DNA of 64,000 bases from assembly GCA_964057225.1 (NCBI GenBank), contig OZ059896.1:18228001-18292000 (forward strand). Reading direction: 5' to 3'. Below the pieces are notes generated by a model, which saw nothing but the letters and a program-made list of their open reading frames with translations, did not search any database and was not told the origin of the DNA. The stretch comes from Auanema rhodensis. Taxonomy: Eukaryota; Animalia; Nematoda. The position numbers and the translations under genes were made by a program. Positions 41,401 through 54,208 of this stretch are shown piece by piece (position 1 is the stretch's first letter; each line of letters starts with the position of its first letter).

Positions 41401-43048
41401 ACCTGAAAGAGGAGTTCAGCTGTTAACCGCTTGGGGTTTTGTAGAAGAATCTCCTGAAGCCTTGGCAAAACTACTTTTTGGGCGTCGTGGACTCAGCAAA
41501 CAGATGATTGGAGAATATGTCGGTACATTACACACGCCATTCCACAACTGCGTGTTAAAGTGAGTGATGTAGCTCTGTTTATCCCATGTTTTTGGAGTAT
41601 TACGCCCCAATCTTTGAATCCTCTTATCGCTTTTTTTATCTTATTATTTTTTAATTTGACCATTAAAATTTTCAGATATTTTATCGGGTTAATGGATTTG
41701 CGGGGCCTGGAAGTAGATGTAGCTTTGCGAAAAGCTCTTCAATATTTTATTCTGCCCAAAGAGTCTGAAAAGATAGATAAAGTTCTTCAGGTTTTTATTA
41801 AATATGCTCTATACACATACATTTCTTATTTTAAGGCGTTTGCTATTCATTACTGCAAATGCAATCCCAAACGAGCATCAATGTGGAGAGGTGGTTGGGA
41901 CTCAGTTCATATGCTCGCCTTTGCTATTATGATGTTAAACACAGATTTACACTCACCCAACTTGAAAGTTTGTATTTTTCCTTAAACATGTTTTATTTGT
42001 AATTGAACCATTCATAGTTTTTCTCTGTTTACAGAATTCTGTCAGAATGCGTCCAGAGGAGTTTGTTAGGAACTTAAGAGGCCAAGATAAATCACCAGGC
42101 GAAAAAGATGGTCGGGATTTTGATAGGTTTGTATGCATTTATAATGATTGAAAAAAATATACTCTTCATAGGGGTTTCTTAGAAGGAATTTATGAGAGAA
42201 TTAGGCAAGATGAATTTATTGCGGGAGATGATCATGTTGCTCAGGTGCGACGAGTCGAAATGGCGATTATTGGAAAAGATAAACCTGTAAGTTATTCATT
42301 ATTCAACTATTAAACTTCATTGTACTATTCCATTCTTTCCTGATTTCTTATATGCTATCTTCTCTTTTTAGCGTTTGACCGAAACCCAACGTCGATTAGT
42401 CTGCTATTGTCGCCTACAACAGGTCATGGATCCTTGTCGAAAGCAACCGCCATCAAGTCATGAACGGGATGTTTTCCTTTTCAACGATATGCTGGTGGTA
42501 TGTCTTTGCATCTTTCACTTCTTGTTTTTATGTTAATGAATACGAATTGGCTTCAACCAAGCTTTTCAGGTTACTAAAGCTGTAAGTAAGCGGAAGTCCT
42601 CAGCTGCAACAACATATGCTTTAAAACATCATTGCCCATTATGGGGCGCTAGTGTACATGAGTTTTCGGTCAGTTTTCTTTATTATCGTATATATATGAT
42701 TTTTTTTTGCAGAGGGGCCAATACGAGTTCGGGTTAGTAATTGTTTGTCCTAATCATGAAAAACTTTATTTCAACGCTAGAAACATGGAGGATAGGTTTG
42801 TTTGTGTCTATTTTCCAGCATCTATTTAATATGTTCGTAGGAGACGGTTTGTAGCCGATGTTATTGAGTCTGTCAAAGAATCCACTCAAATGGAAGAAGT
42901 TCGATTAGAGCTTGAACTTGACAAACTTAGAATTGATAATCAGCGTGATAGTGGTCTGCCAGATATGGAAGGTCAACCTCCAACACGTCGCCTCTCATTT
43001 AACTCATTAGATTCGGGGGTTGTTGAGGAGACTTACGACGCAACTTAG
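35495..43048 (+). CDS. bris-1: IQSEC/BRAG-family ARF guanine nucleotide exchange factor (IQ, Sec7, PH)
   Basis: [21 protein letters not shown] and IQ motif [13 protein letters not shown] (exons 35495-35629, 37139-37260). Sec7: [44 protein letters not shown]: [22 protein letters not shown]. Ends [20 protein letters not shown]. Further 5' exons in 32-35 kb are possible. Confidence 0.9.
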
Positions 43049-43644
43049 ACACGTTGCCTTTTAATTTTTTTTCCTTTTTGCTCAACTAATTGTTGTCTTA
43101 CCATCGAATGTTTTGAACAATTTTTCTTCATTTTGTACATTTGCTCATAGAACGGGCTTTTCTTGTAGTTTCAACTTGTTTAAATTATTGCAAATCACTT
43201 ATTATATACGTGGTATGTAAATATTGGCCATTCACTTTAACCCTACATTGTCACCCTGTTTCAGGATGTGTGTGATGTGATTTACTGTTTCTCTAGGTTA
43301 GCCTTGTTTTCCGATCTCAACGTTCACGGCACTTGCCATTTAAAGAGAACTTTTTTTAAAGTTTTAACCTTTTTTATCTAAGTCATATGAGAAGTAGCAA
43401 AGTTATTGTTCCATAGATTTTTCGCTCATGCACCAGGCATTGTAGTTTTTTACTATATCATTTACTTGTTCATATGAACTTGTTTAAATTATTTCATTTA
43501 GTTTTATTTTAAGTCAGTTGAATCTGTTTGATATTGTTGACTAAAAAGAAGAAGTATTGCGTTTCTTTTCATCTTCATTTCTCTAAGCCACAGTCTTATT
43601 GTATTTGTAATATAAGGGTAATACTAGTCATCACAGAAATTTCT

Positions 43645-44183
43645 ATGGAAAAGTCGAAACAAGATAAGATGAATGCTTTACTCAATAGAAGCAAAAAACA
43701 ACAAGCATTAGCAAAGCTAACTCGAATTGCTTCTACAGGAGCGGAGGATATTCCTCCCACCAGATTGAAAACAGATACTGATGTGAAAAAGGCAAATAAT
43801 GAGGATTGTGTTCTTCCTAGTTGTAGTTTTGACACTTCTCCGTCTACTGAAGACGAAAAAAAACAACTGTTGATGAAAAAGGTCATTTTGTTTATCCTTA
43901 TTATGGGCTCATTAACGGGAGAAGCTATGACATAGAGTGTTTTTAGGCTAAAGAAAAGTTATTATTCGAGGCTAAACGAGCCAAAGATAGGGCAGATCAG
44001 TATGGGCCACAGGGATGGTTTGTTCACATGCATACGGACCTATACGATGGAATTAATTTTAGGCTAAAACCCAAAAGCCTTGCAACAAATAAAGAATTTT
44101 TACGTAGAACGTTACAATCAACGATATCTAGAAAAGATGGAAATCGTGAGAAAAGCAAAAAAATCTCGCAATCGAAAAAATAA
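43645..44183 (+). CDS. POLR1D-isoform-2-like small basic protein
   Basis: Exons 43645-43881, 43947-44017, 44063-44183. AKEKLLFEAKRAKDRADQYGPQGWLKPKSLATNKEFLRRTL matches the recalled AIEELLKEAKRGKTRAETMGPMGW...TNKRFLINTI motif of human POLR1D isoform 2. Confidence 0.75.
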
Positions 44184-45434
44184 TTCCTTTCAATACTTGA
44201 TAGATGAAGATGTTCAGTTGTCAATACTTCTGGGTGTATTCTTACGTGTTTATATTATAAAAATAATTTTAAGTTCTAGGCATTTGTTGAGTTGAAAATT
44301 AAATTGTTATAACAAATCAGTGATTTTTCTATTTATTATATTATTCTCTTCGTTTATTATATATTTTATGCGTTGAACAATTAAAATTGTGGTTTTATTG
44401 TCATATTGATTATTATGCAATGTTTGAATAAAAATGAAATATTGTTGCTTTTTTTGGTATAACTTTGGCACATTACTCCATTTAACTATCCAAGGAAATA
44501 TCAAGTGCTGTTATCCTGTCCCCATCTATCATAAGGCTATAGATCTGATTGAGTGTAATCAACAGATGCCATTCTTTCATCTGCTCGGTCCTTCTCTTAA
44601 CTTGTCTGCTTTTCCGCCAGCCGGATCCGAAGACGAGTGGTTCTTTCTCTCTTTTCAGCTTAACCTCTCTGTTCGTCGGTAGAACTCGCATAGAATTGCA
44701 CATGCGTTTGTTACACGTTCAAATGTATTTTATGCTCCAGATTTTTTAAAAGTTTGTTCTTTCGTTTGAAGTTTGTTCTTTTTTTTAATCAAACAAATGT
44801 CAAGCCAAGTGATACATTTTATTTTTTTCAACAGCTGATTAATTAATCTTACTTTTCTATTACCTGACGTACAATGTTATGAATTTAAGAAAAAAGCTCA
44901 AAGGTGAAAGTAAGGTTTTATATTGAAGTTTTTGAAACAAATGTTGTCAGTTGCTTCCTGCTTCTACATCTAAATATTAGCTTCTAAGTCATGTAATATA
45001 TCTTTTTCTCATTATTTTTGTGTTTCTCAATTCAAATTATTATTTTCTCGCAATAAACAGAGGTTTGTCTTTCAAGCTTTTAAGTTTTCATTTTTTTTAC
45101 GTTATGTTATTTTCCCAGCTGAGTTCTCCAGCTAGTTACAATAGCTTTCAAGCTACGAAATAAAAAAAAACAATCGACAAGAGCTCATCTTCATTTTTAC
45201 AGCATTTTGACACGTTCTATTCCACAAGTATAAACTTAACATAATATAAGTCAAGTTTTATTTTCATCCCTAATAACATTTAAGTGGATATTCTTCATGT
45301 AATCGCTTTTTATCTTATTTCTGAGATTGTCTTGTTTGCTTTCTCTCCATAGCTTGTCGAACTATTAAATATACATTTTTTACTTTTTTTTATTTACCCT
45401 TTTTTTTCTTTGAAATCATTTATTTGCAGAAATA

Positions 45435-46169
45435 ATGTCAGAAGTAAAATTGGATGTTAAGGAAACTGATATGGAAGAACCAGAGCAAAACACTGTGATC
45501 GGTGTTGTGAAGGAGGCTCAACGACTTTATAACATTGATAAGGTTAGAACTTTTTTTATAATATTTAATCCTACGAACGATTTGTCTTTTTGGTTTTACT
45601 CATTGAGATAAGTGAGAGGAAGTTCTAGATGTATTACAATTTCTATCTCTTTGTCTCACTTTCCCTCTCAATATTTCTCGTTCTCTCATCCAAAAGGCGA
45701 ATGATGAGGTGAGAGCAAATTATACTAACACCAAAGTTGATTTGACACAAGTCATTTGAGGAACTGAACATTTGACCTTAGCCTCCCACAAAATCTTTTG
45801 TGACGTAAATTGGTAATTGAGAGAATGAAATGGAAGGAGAGAAGGGCTAATCACATGCTTTTAAAACATTTCTTCTAAAATAACTATATACTCTTTCTCT
45901 AAAGCTTCTAAGGTTTTTGAGCTATGATCGTTTTGTAGGATGTTGCAGCTTATGTTAAAGAAGAACTAGATAAGCAATTGGGTGCGACATGGCATGTTAT
46001 ATGTGGAAAATGCTTCGGTTCAAGAGTTTCATATGAAATGGGCCATTTTCTTCTCCTCAGGTGTAACAAGGTAATTTTTCTCTTTTTAATATATTAAACG
46101 TTTCATGTATTTCTGACAAAACATTTTACGTTATAGGTGAATGTGATGATTTACAAGTGCGGATACTAA
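45435..46169 (+). CDS. dlc-2: Dynein light chain (LC8 family)
   Basis: Three exons giving MSEVKLDVKETDMEE...[40 protein letters not shown]...VNVMIYKCGY*. Acceptor tttgcag just upstream of the ATG. Confidence 0.9.
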
Positions 46170-46439
46170 AATATTTCTTGTCCCGTCTCTGAGAGATAAA
46201 CTTTGGGTTTTGTTTTTATCTTTTTTTCCTCGGATTCTTCATCATAGTACAAAGAATTGAGAACATTGGTGTTGATGTATTGATCGGAAACACATTTCAT
46301 TTCACATTTTTTTAAATGAAAAACTTTTATAATCTTTCTTAATTGTACAATTTATTGAAATAACAACTTAAAGGATGCGCATGGAAATTTTCATGGAAGC
46401 TAAACAAATCTATATGGCTAATAACAGAACCTATAGAGT

Positions 46440-47493
46440 TTAGTTAGATGGCTGATATTCAATTCCACATCCGAACTTGTGAGCGTCATTATTAGCAAGA
46501 TTGAATTGGGTTGAGAGAGTCAGCTTCATGGCATCAGAAAGGCTGTGAGTAGCTCCGAAGGCAACCTGATATTTTATGATATGAGTTAGAAATATTTTGA
46601 AAAACTTACAATGCTCTTGTTGTTGACCTTAGCTCTAACAGTGAGGTCGCGGCTTGGGGAGTACTTAGTAGCAAGATCGAAGTTAGCTCCTTCACCTCCA
46701 ATCTTCCATCCGACAGCAGCTCCGACCTCGACGTTGTGGGCGATCTTATGGTAGACAGAGGCTCCGAAGTCAGTGGAGTTGACAACGAAAGAGTTGATGG
46801 TGTATTGCTTGTTTTGGTATCCGAAGGCAAGAGCGGTGGAAGCAATCTTGTTGGAAGAGGTATCGAAAGCAGTTTGAGCACCGAAAAGCCATCCTTCTCT
46901 GGAGAAGACAGCGGCAGCGTTGACTACTGGGGTGGAGGTCAAATTAACATCAGCAGTGATCTGAAATTTATAATTAAAGCAATATCAATTGCTAAAAAAG
47001 AGCGCCGAGCAAACATGAAATATAACTTACGCGAGCAGTTGGGAGAGACCAGTCGGCCTTCAGCTTTCCGGATCTCTTTCCGGTGGCTGGAGCGTAGAGA
47101 GAATCCAAGGTGAGCTTAAGTCCACGTCCGAACTTCTCGTTGACTTCGATGACGGTTCCGAGTTGGTTTTCAGTGTTCCACTTCTCGGTGAGAGTAACTC
47201 CTATAATTGAGAGTAAATTCAAAGTCACATAAGTTTAGTATCTAACCATATTGTGGGACCTTATACTTAATGTCAAGGTTTCCTCCGAGCTTTCCGGATC
47301 CAATGTTATGAGCGGCAGCAGTCTTGAACTCAACCTCCTTGTTATCTCCAGCATTGCTGGTAGAGTCAACCTTGAGGAACCCAAAGTCTAAAGACCATAA
47401 AATAACATAGACAATAAAATTAAACTAACTGTATCCCTTTCCGATAAGATCCTTAGCGGACTTTCCAAGGTCGTTGAAGGTTGGTGGAGCCAT
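46440..47493 (-). CDS. vdac-1: Voltage-dependent anion channel (mitochondrial porin)
   Basis: Five exons: MAPPTFNDLGKSAKDLIGKGY, TLTEKWNTEN, GLKLTLDS, RAKVNN, HKFGCGIEYQPSN*. GC-richer, biased codons typical of a highly expressed gene. Confidence 0.97.
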
Positions 47494-48271
47494 ATCTGAA
47501 AATTAAACACGAGTCAAAAAATAGAGCTAGAAATAGTTAGTGCAAGATATTCGAAAACAACTTTGCTAACAATTGTCCAGTTGACTACGCACACATCAGG
47601 TTTAAACAAACGCTCCACGAGACAAAATAAAAGTTTCGAAATAAAATAAAAAACGAAAAAATGGAGATGAATGTACTAAAAAACGAAGACTGATGAAAAC
47701 CAAGTAACATAAAGAAACGTTTGGATTTCGATTGGTTATAGACGAAGAGTGCCATTTTCAAGCGCCGCGGCCGCGAGGCGGTTTGGAAATTTCCAGCCGG
47801 TAACAATGGCGAGTTCATGTATGCTCTATTTGGGTTCATTCATAATATTGGTTATATTTTAAAACATGATGAAACAAACTAACAAGTAGATCAAAGTAAT
47901 TTAGTCCCAAAAAAGGCAAAAACATGAATACAAAAAATAATTTTTATGACCTATGGCTAAAAACCAGAGAAAGAGAATCAACGGGCGGTCCAGAAGTAAT
48001 AAAATGAAAGTAGCGCGAATTTCAAAAAATGACCGAATGATGGCCTATTTCGTGATCACCCGTTATTACACTATAGATAAGCAGACCATTCTTATAGTTT
48101 AAGGTGGCACATTTGATAAAATCATAACTTTAAATAGCCTTTGAGAAAAGTTGTATTTGGGGTTTAATGATCCGGTAAGAAATTAGACCGGAAACTCACG
48201 GTCTCGTGGTGTAGTAAATATGGGCTTTATTGCCAGCCGTAAGTCATTTATTATTCGAGCAATAGCTTAAA
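47494..48271. promoter_or_regulatory. Divergent promoter region between vdac-1 and the NME5-like gene
   Basis: Head-to-head ATGs about 780 bp apart. GC-rich patch with the palindrome CGCGGCCGCG near 47766. E2F/CHR-like tagcgcgaatttcaaa at 48011. Confidence 0.45.
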
Positions 48272-49202
48272 ATGTACCGAACTATCTGGCAAAAGTCTTC
48301 CGATATTGGAACAACCACCGAGAATTCGGTAGCATCCAGTGCAGTTCTTCTAATTCTTCCATCATTCTATCATTCAAGGCAATCTATATTGCAAAAGCTA
48401 GTTAAATGGAGATATTCTGTGATTGAGGTAAATCATTTAATTTTTGTTTCTCATCAGTGGAGCCTTAAGAAAATATCGTATGAGTCAACCAGTCAGCAAG
48501 TGATAAGTTGGAATACATGGAATGTGGTTGATAATGGTTCATATTTACCGATCAAAATTTGCCCTTCTGGGGACGTTCTGGCAATACTCGTACAGAAGGA
48601 AGGTGTATACGAAGATCTAATCATGTTTACTGAGCAGTTTTTCTCTCTTCCGTAAGTTGAAAATAGTAAAACTCACTTGAAATCATCTAAAAAAAGTTAA
48701 TTGAAATTAATATAAATGGGTCATTGAAAATATAATAGAAAGGATAAAAAATGAATTTCTTTTCAAAGTTACTTCTTGCATATAACCAAAACAGGATATC
48801 ATGAGGTCTTAAAGTTTGCTCTGGTAATTTCCATAACATGGATTGGTTTACAGTTCATTTTTTCCGAAAATGTTTAGATGCAACAGTCCTGGAATTTATT
48901 TTTCGCCAAATTCAGTTATGGCGTTTCGAGATATTTCTCATTTCTTCCCTCAATGTTTGTTATTTCCCCGCCTATTAGAAGATAAGACATTTTTTTTAGA
49001 TAATAGTGGTGAAGAATTCTTACAGAATACAAAAGACTACTTGGATGCGCAAGTTTTTCCTCAACTGAATAGGGCTCTTACCGAATTGGCCATAAGTAGA
49101 CCGGAAGAACCAATAGTGCGTTTAGTGTTTCTTTAAACTTAAAGTAGATGTTTGTATTTTTTAATTTAGAAGTGGCTGGCAGAACATTTGAAGGAAATGT
49201 GA
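48272..49202 (+). CDS. Degenerate nucleoside-diphosphate-kinase-like protein with a C-terminal Dpy-30 motif (NME5-like)
   Basis: NDK-like VLLILPS..ILQKLVKWRYSVIE, SGDVLAILVQK and FRDISHFFP. Dpy-30 motif TKDYLDAQVFPQLNRALTELAISRPEEPI|KWLAEHL. Stop at 49200-49202. Internal exon boundaries are partly uncertain. Confidence 0.75.
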
Positions 49203-49407
49203 AATTCATTTAAATATATGTATTATGTATACAAATAAAAGTTTGAAAACCGTATAAGATATTAAAATCACAGTTAACTTCCACTTTGAAGCGAGCAGTA
49301 GTATTACAATTCTAAGGCAATGACGATAAAAGCGCTTTTTTAATTTTTCTAATAAAAAAAATTTGATCGTGGAAGTTGATTTGAGGTTGTATGTTAGCGA
49401 GTAAATA

Positions 49408-52400
49408 TTACATAGGGTCCAAAGCTATGCGAACAAAAAGCGAAGCACATTGGTCCACGGTGTGTTGATGCCCTGTATTCAGTCGAATTTGCGAATATCC
49501 TAAAAATTCATAAATACTAATTATTTTTTTAAAGGAAAGTTGATACCTGATCTAATGCTACTAACAGGTAATGAGAATTCTCCAATAAAATCATTTGTTG
49601 TTGTTGAATCAAAGTCCTTCACACTAATTCTCATAATAGCAACATCAGGACAGCGCAATAAGAATTCAAAACTTTGGTTCCATTCAGGATTAAAGCCTGT
49701 GAGCAAATGATGAGCACAAATGAATGAAAAAAGCTTAAAATTCTACCGTTATCTTTGATGGTTCTGGTCTTTTGTTTATCTTCATCTGCCGGAATTCCGA
49801 AAATTTGTACTGATACATAAGGATCAACAATATCACGGCCAGGCTCAGATTTTGGCAGATATTGGGCACTAATAATTCCAATACCCAGCTTCACTTTAGG
49901 TTTAATCATAGTGCGGGGATCTAAGGAATGAGAAGAATGAGCACTTTGTTATTTTGCTATTTAATTACCAATGCCATCCAAGAGAATTTGTGGTTTTAAA
50001 ACATATCCGCAGTTACCGTTAACACGGAACATTCCTGTGTTTAGATCCAATTCCTAGAAAATAATTATTTTAAAACATTATACATCTATTAATTTCATCA
50101 TTCGGTAAAGTAAGAATTATATAACAACTAACTTCGCCAGCTGTTTGCATATTCATAGCAACACTCTGAATTCCACATAACCATGACGCAATGGGATGCA
50201 TATTAGAAGAATCTTGGCGTAAACCCTAAAAGAAAACAATCATATTATCTTTTTTGAATACGCAAACCTTTGGATAACTTTTTATGAAGCGACTAGCAGA
50301 ATATGTGAAAATAGGAAAGCCGGCATCATATAAGGAAGCAACCTTATTCTCAGAAAGAGATGGCGAACCATCGTTGGGATCTAAAAAAGTTTCTTGTTTA
50401 CTTTACAATATTGTGGTCACATTACGTTGTTGCATATCATTGTAGATGTTGCTAGTGAGTTTAACAGAGGGTAAAGCAACTAAACTTGAAAAATGAGGAT
50501 CGAGCGGTATTACGTGATGCTGAAAAATGGAATATGTTAGTTTTCATTGTTTATAATAATAAATACAGATTTATCGTTTCCCGTCGGAGAATCATTTTCC
50601 TCATCCAAGTCATCTCCAACTTCATCGGAAGTTGAGAGCTTTTTTCCACGAATGAGAACTTTTCTGCGAAGATCAGCAGGACTTGGTAAAGGTAATTTAC
50701 CGGAGTCTTTAGGTGGCACGTACAAGATGTCTCCCAAAATCTTAAAGTAAACATTACATTTACGAATGCTTTCAATATTCTTCTACCTCTTCGAATAATT
50801 CTGCCATAACCTTTTGTTGTACAACACCTACATGATTTTCAATGGTGAGTATTACTGGATACGGGCTGGAAGCGAAGGCTTCGCGCTGAAGCATTTTGAA
50901 AATAATTCACAGAATTATTGATAGCAAATACCTTTATGGCCTGTAGTGTATTTCGAAGAGATATTGGTTCAATGAGAGTTCTTTTATGTGTGATAACAGG
51001 TTCACCATGTTCTCCATCAAACAAATCGACTGAAAATAATTAACTCAGACCTACCATAGAAGAAAAATCTTGAAGTTTTATTTTCTCAGTCAAAATTTTA
51101 TTTCACCTTTTTTAAGTGAAAAAGTTTTAAAAAATTGTTTTTGAATTATGCTTATTACTGCATTAATTAAAATTTATAAATGAATTTGAAGAGGTGTCAT
51201 GCAAAACATGCAACCAGAACAATATAAGCCAAAGAAGAGCGAAATATATAATATTTTCTAGCAAAATGAAGAGAGTCATTAATACTCCTGAGAGTATTAC
51301 AACAGTTGGATATACAAAATCAAGTTTTTATCACAAATACTTACGTTCTAACAGACGAGCTCCCTTCTTCAAGGCAGCTATGTATCCTTCAACAGTAGCC
51401 TCACCCTTCAGCTGCAGTCCGGTAAGGTAAGTATTATGCGATGAGTTACAGAAATAGAATGATAACGGTTTAGTCATATCCTTTAAATGTTCGAATTTAT
51501 ATTGTTAAGTATTGGAATAGCTGAACCTGGAATATGCCTTCATGTCCCGGTTTCAAGATGTTCCCCCATCTAGATTGCAATAAACGACGCATTCCTATAA
51601 AGCATTTGTTGTTTATTTACTTGCTTATTTTTTATATTCCCGTTCATAAATAATGCCGAAAAAATAAAAAATTCTTGAAAATAATTCACCAATTACACCC
51701 ATTAATTTTGGTTTATTTGCGTCCTGCTTCGTCTGTTCAAATGTGTCAAGAATAGTTTCAGCCTTCTTTTCATCAACATCAATAAACTAAAAATATTATG
51801 ATCAGTTGTATGTAAAAAATAAAACGACCATAGAACCTGTTGTTCTTCAGTAAGAAACCGGTGAAGTTCGGCAGAATTAATAGTTTCTATTCCGTCAGCT
51901 GAGGCCATCCGTAACAGATGACGAAGTTCCGGTCGGTCAGTAAGGCGTTGGAAGAAATTAACAAACTCTTCCTGGTTTAAAACACCGTCTCTTGAGTTTA
52001 TTTCTTCTGATTCCTGAAAACATACTACATTTCTGCAAATATTATGATGTTCTCCAATATACCCTAAAAATAGCTCTAGCATATGGCTCACTAATTTGAA
52101 GGTTCATCTTTTTGAGCAAATTCCACACTTCAGAAAAAGAAAGAGATCCTGTAACAAGTTCAATTCCATATACTATGTATTGAAAGGTTTCTGATTTTAC
52201 TTACCATTTTTATTAGTATCAGCTTCATTGAACTTTTCTTTTAACCAATGAGTTTCATTAAAATGAACTTGATTTTCTCTAGCCAAAGATATAAGGTGGG
52301 CTAGTACGGTAACCCATCGATCTCGAATCTAAAAATTACATAGTATAGATAATTCTGCAATTCAGACAGTTGATTGTTTTTTAAAAAACAGATTTTTTGA

Positions 52401-54208
52401 ATTGTTACACAAGGTTAATTCAAAATGAAAATGGATGCATGAGACAAAATTGAACAAACCTCTTTTGTTTCCGCAGCAAAATCGATTGATTTATGAAGAA
52501 ATTTTCGATGTGTGAATATGACAGAGAAACATTTTGATTCCTGAAGTTACAGGATTTTATTTTTATTTTAGCTTTTTTTTTAAAGTAATGAAATATAACG
52601 AATTCATTGAATTATTTACATTAATGTCGATTTTCCGAACTTTATTTTGAACAATAAGCCAAACAATATTGAGGCCATTACAACATGACAATAAATTTTT
52701 TAACTTCACTTCGAGCATTATTTTTTGAAAAAAGGTGTATGTGTGCGATATATAACGAAAAGAACATATGACTTACCGGAGCTTGACATTGAAATTCATA
52801 TTTTTTAGATGCGCGATGTAAGTTATCAGTATTATAACCAGCTCTTACTTCTAGCAATTCGTTCAAAGAAACTGAAAACAAGTACAATGAAGTCTTCTTT
52901 AATGCATTGTATGACAGAGTAAATAGAAACGCACAGGAACATATAGACAGTAACCGTATTAGGGTCTGTTAATCATTTGATTGATTATTCTGACTATATT
53001 ATAAGAAATTAAGGAAAAAGTAAGAAAAACATCGAATTTCTTTTTTATGATGATTTCAAGTTAAGCCTATGAAATGATTAACAACAAAAACAGAACATAG
53101 AAGACAGGTGCTATATTTTTCTAAGTTTTGAATTAATTATTTTCGCGGGAATTTTTTTTAATATTAAAAAATACAAAAATATACTTTATAAAATTGAAAC
53201 TTCAATTTTTCTTGTAAGATTCCTTTTTACAACCGGTTTTCTCTTTAGCGTTTGTTAAGAGATGTTGTTGGCACTGTAGTCGCCAATATTTGGCATTCTC
53301 TTTTAGATAACAATGACTTGCGTCAAAAGAAGATGGGAATACTTCTCCCCCATCTTCCTGATTAATCCATATAAAGGAAACCAAATTTAGTTTCTAACTT
53401 CGGAATAAAACTTCACAATTGAAGACAACATATTGTGGTAATCGATACATGTGTTGTAGGAGTAAGGGTCGGGTTGTTTATATGCATGCTTGTTTTTGAT
53501 GAAAATAATAAAGAAATTTGAAAAGGTAGGTTATTTCTAGTATACAGAAGAATGAAAACTTGAAGAAAAGAAGAAAAAGTGTTGAATATGCTGGTCTCAT
53601 ATTTTCTGATCCAAAAAGGTGTTGCTTGACAAGAATAATCACGATGAAAATATTGATATTCAAGTCGAAAAACGAGTGGAAAAATACTTTCAGAGATTTA
53701 TGGACAGCTAGCTTAAAATATCCAAGCTGTTTGAATAGAGCTAAAGAGTTTTTTTTTCGAACGACATTGGATGCACACAAACAATCAATATTTTCGGTTG
53801 GTTTTATCACCAAAAGCGTTGTATGTATGAGACATGAACTATAAAAACGAGTTTAATATACGTACCTGACTTGAGAGCGTCAGGCAAAAAATTAAAGAAA
53901 TAGCTAGAGTAATAATTGAGATATTTTTTTTCTTTAATGGATACATGAGCTGCGGAGTGAAGCTTGTTTCTAAAATACCCTAGCGTTGAACAGATGAAAA
54001 ATCGAAAATACCTCTTAATTCTGCGCAAAGCTGTACCTTTTTCTGCCCACAGTAATAATTCCTCGAAGTTTTTCTTCTCTTCCGGATCTGTTGAAGCAGT
54101 AGAAGCAACTGCTACAGCGGTCTGTGGAGGTAGTGGCTTATTTGCTTCCTGCCCAGTTATGGACACTTTGTGAGCTACACTATCTCCATTCTGAATGTTG
54201 TCCGCCAT
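49408..54208 (-). CDS. plc-4: Phosphoinositide phospholipase C, delta-like (PH, EF, X/Y, C2)
   Basis: PH ([19 protein letters not shown]), EF (DTNKNGSLSFSE), X box CNSSHNTYL and [21 protein letters not shown] (both catalytic His), [12 protein letters not shown] box [30 protein letters not shown]2 [24 protein letters not shown]. Ends RIALDPM*. Confidence 0.92.

Noticed and set aside
43046-43220. Open frame after the bris-1 TAG (possible readthrough)
   Set aside because: T-rich UTR composition explains the lack of stops, and there is no readthrough context motif.
45701-45767. ATGATGA...CTGA (C/D snoRNA-like)
   Set aside because: No terminal stem and no rRNA-complementary guide that I can recognise.
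46606-47113. Overlapping alternative-frame and antisense ORFs within vdac-1
   Set aside because: Expected by-product of strong codon bias; no independent gene signals.
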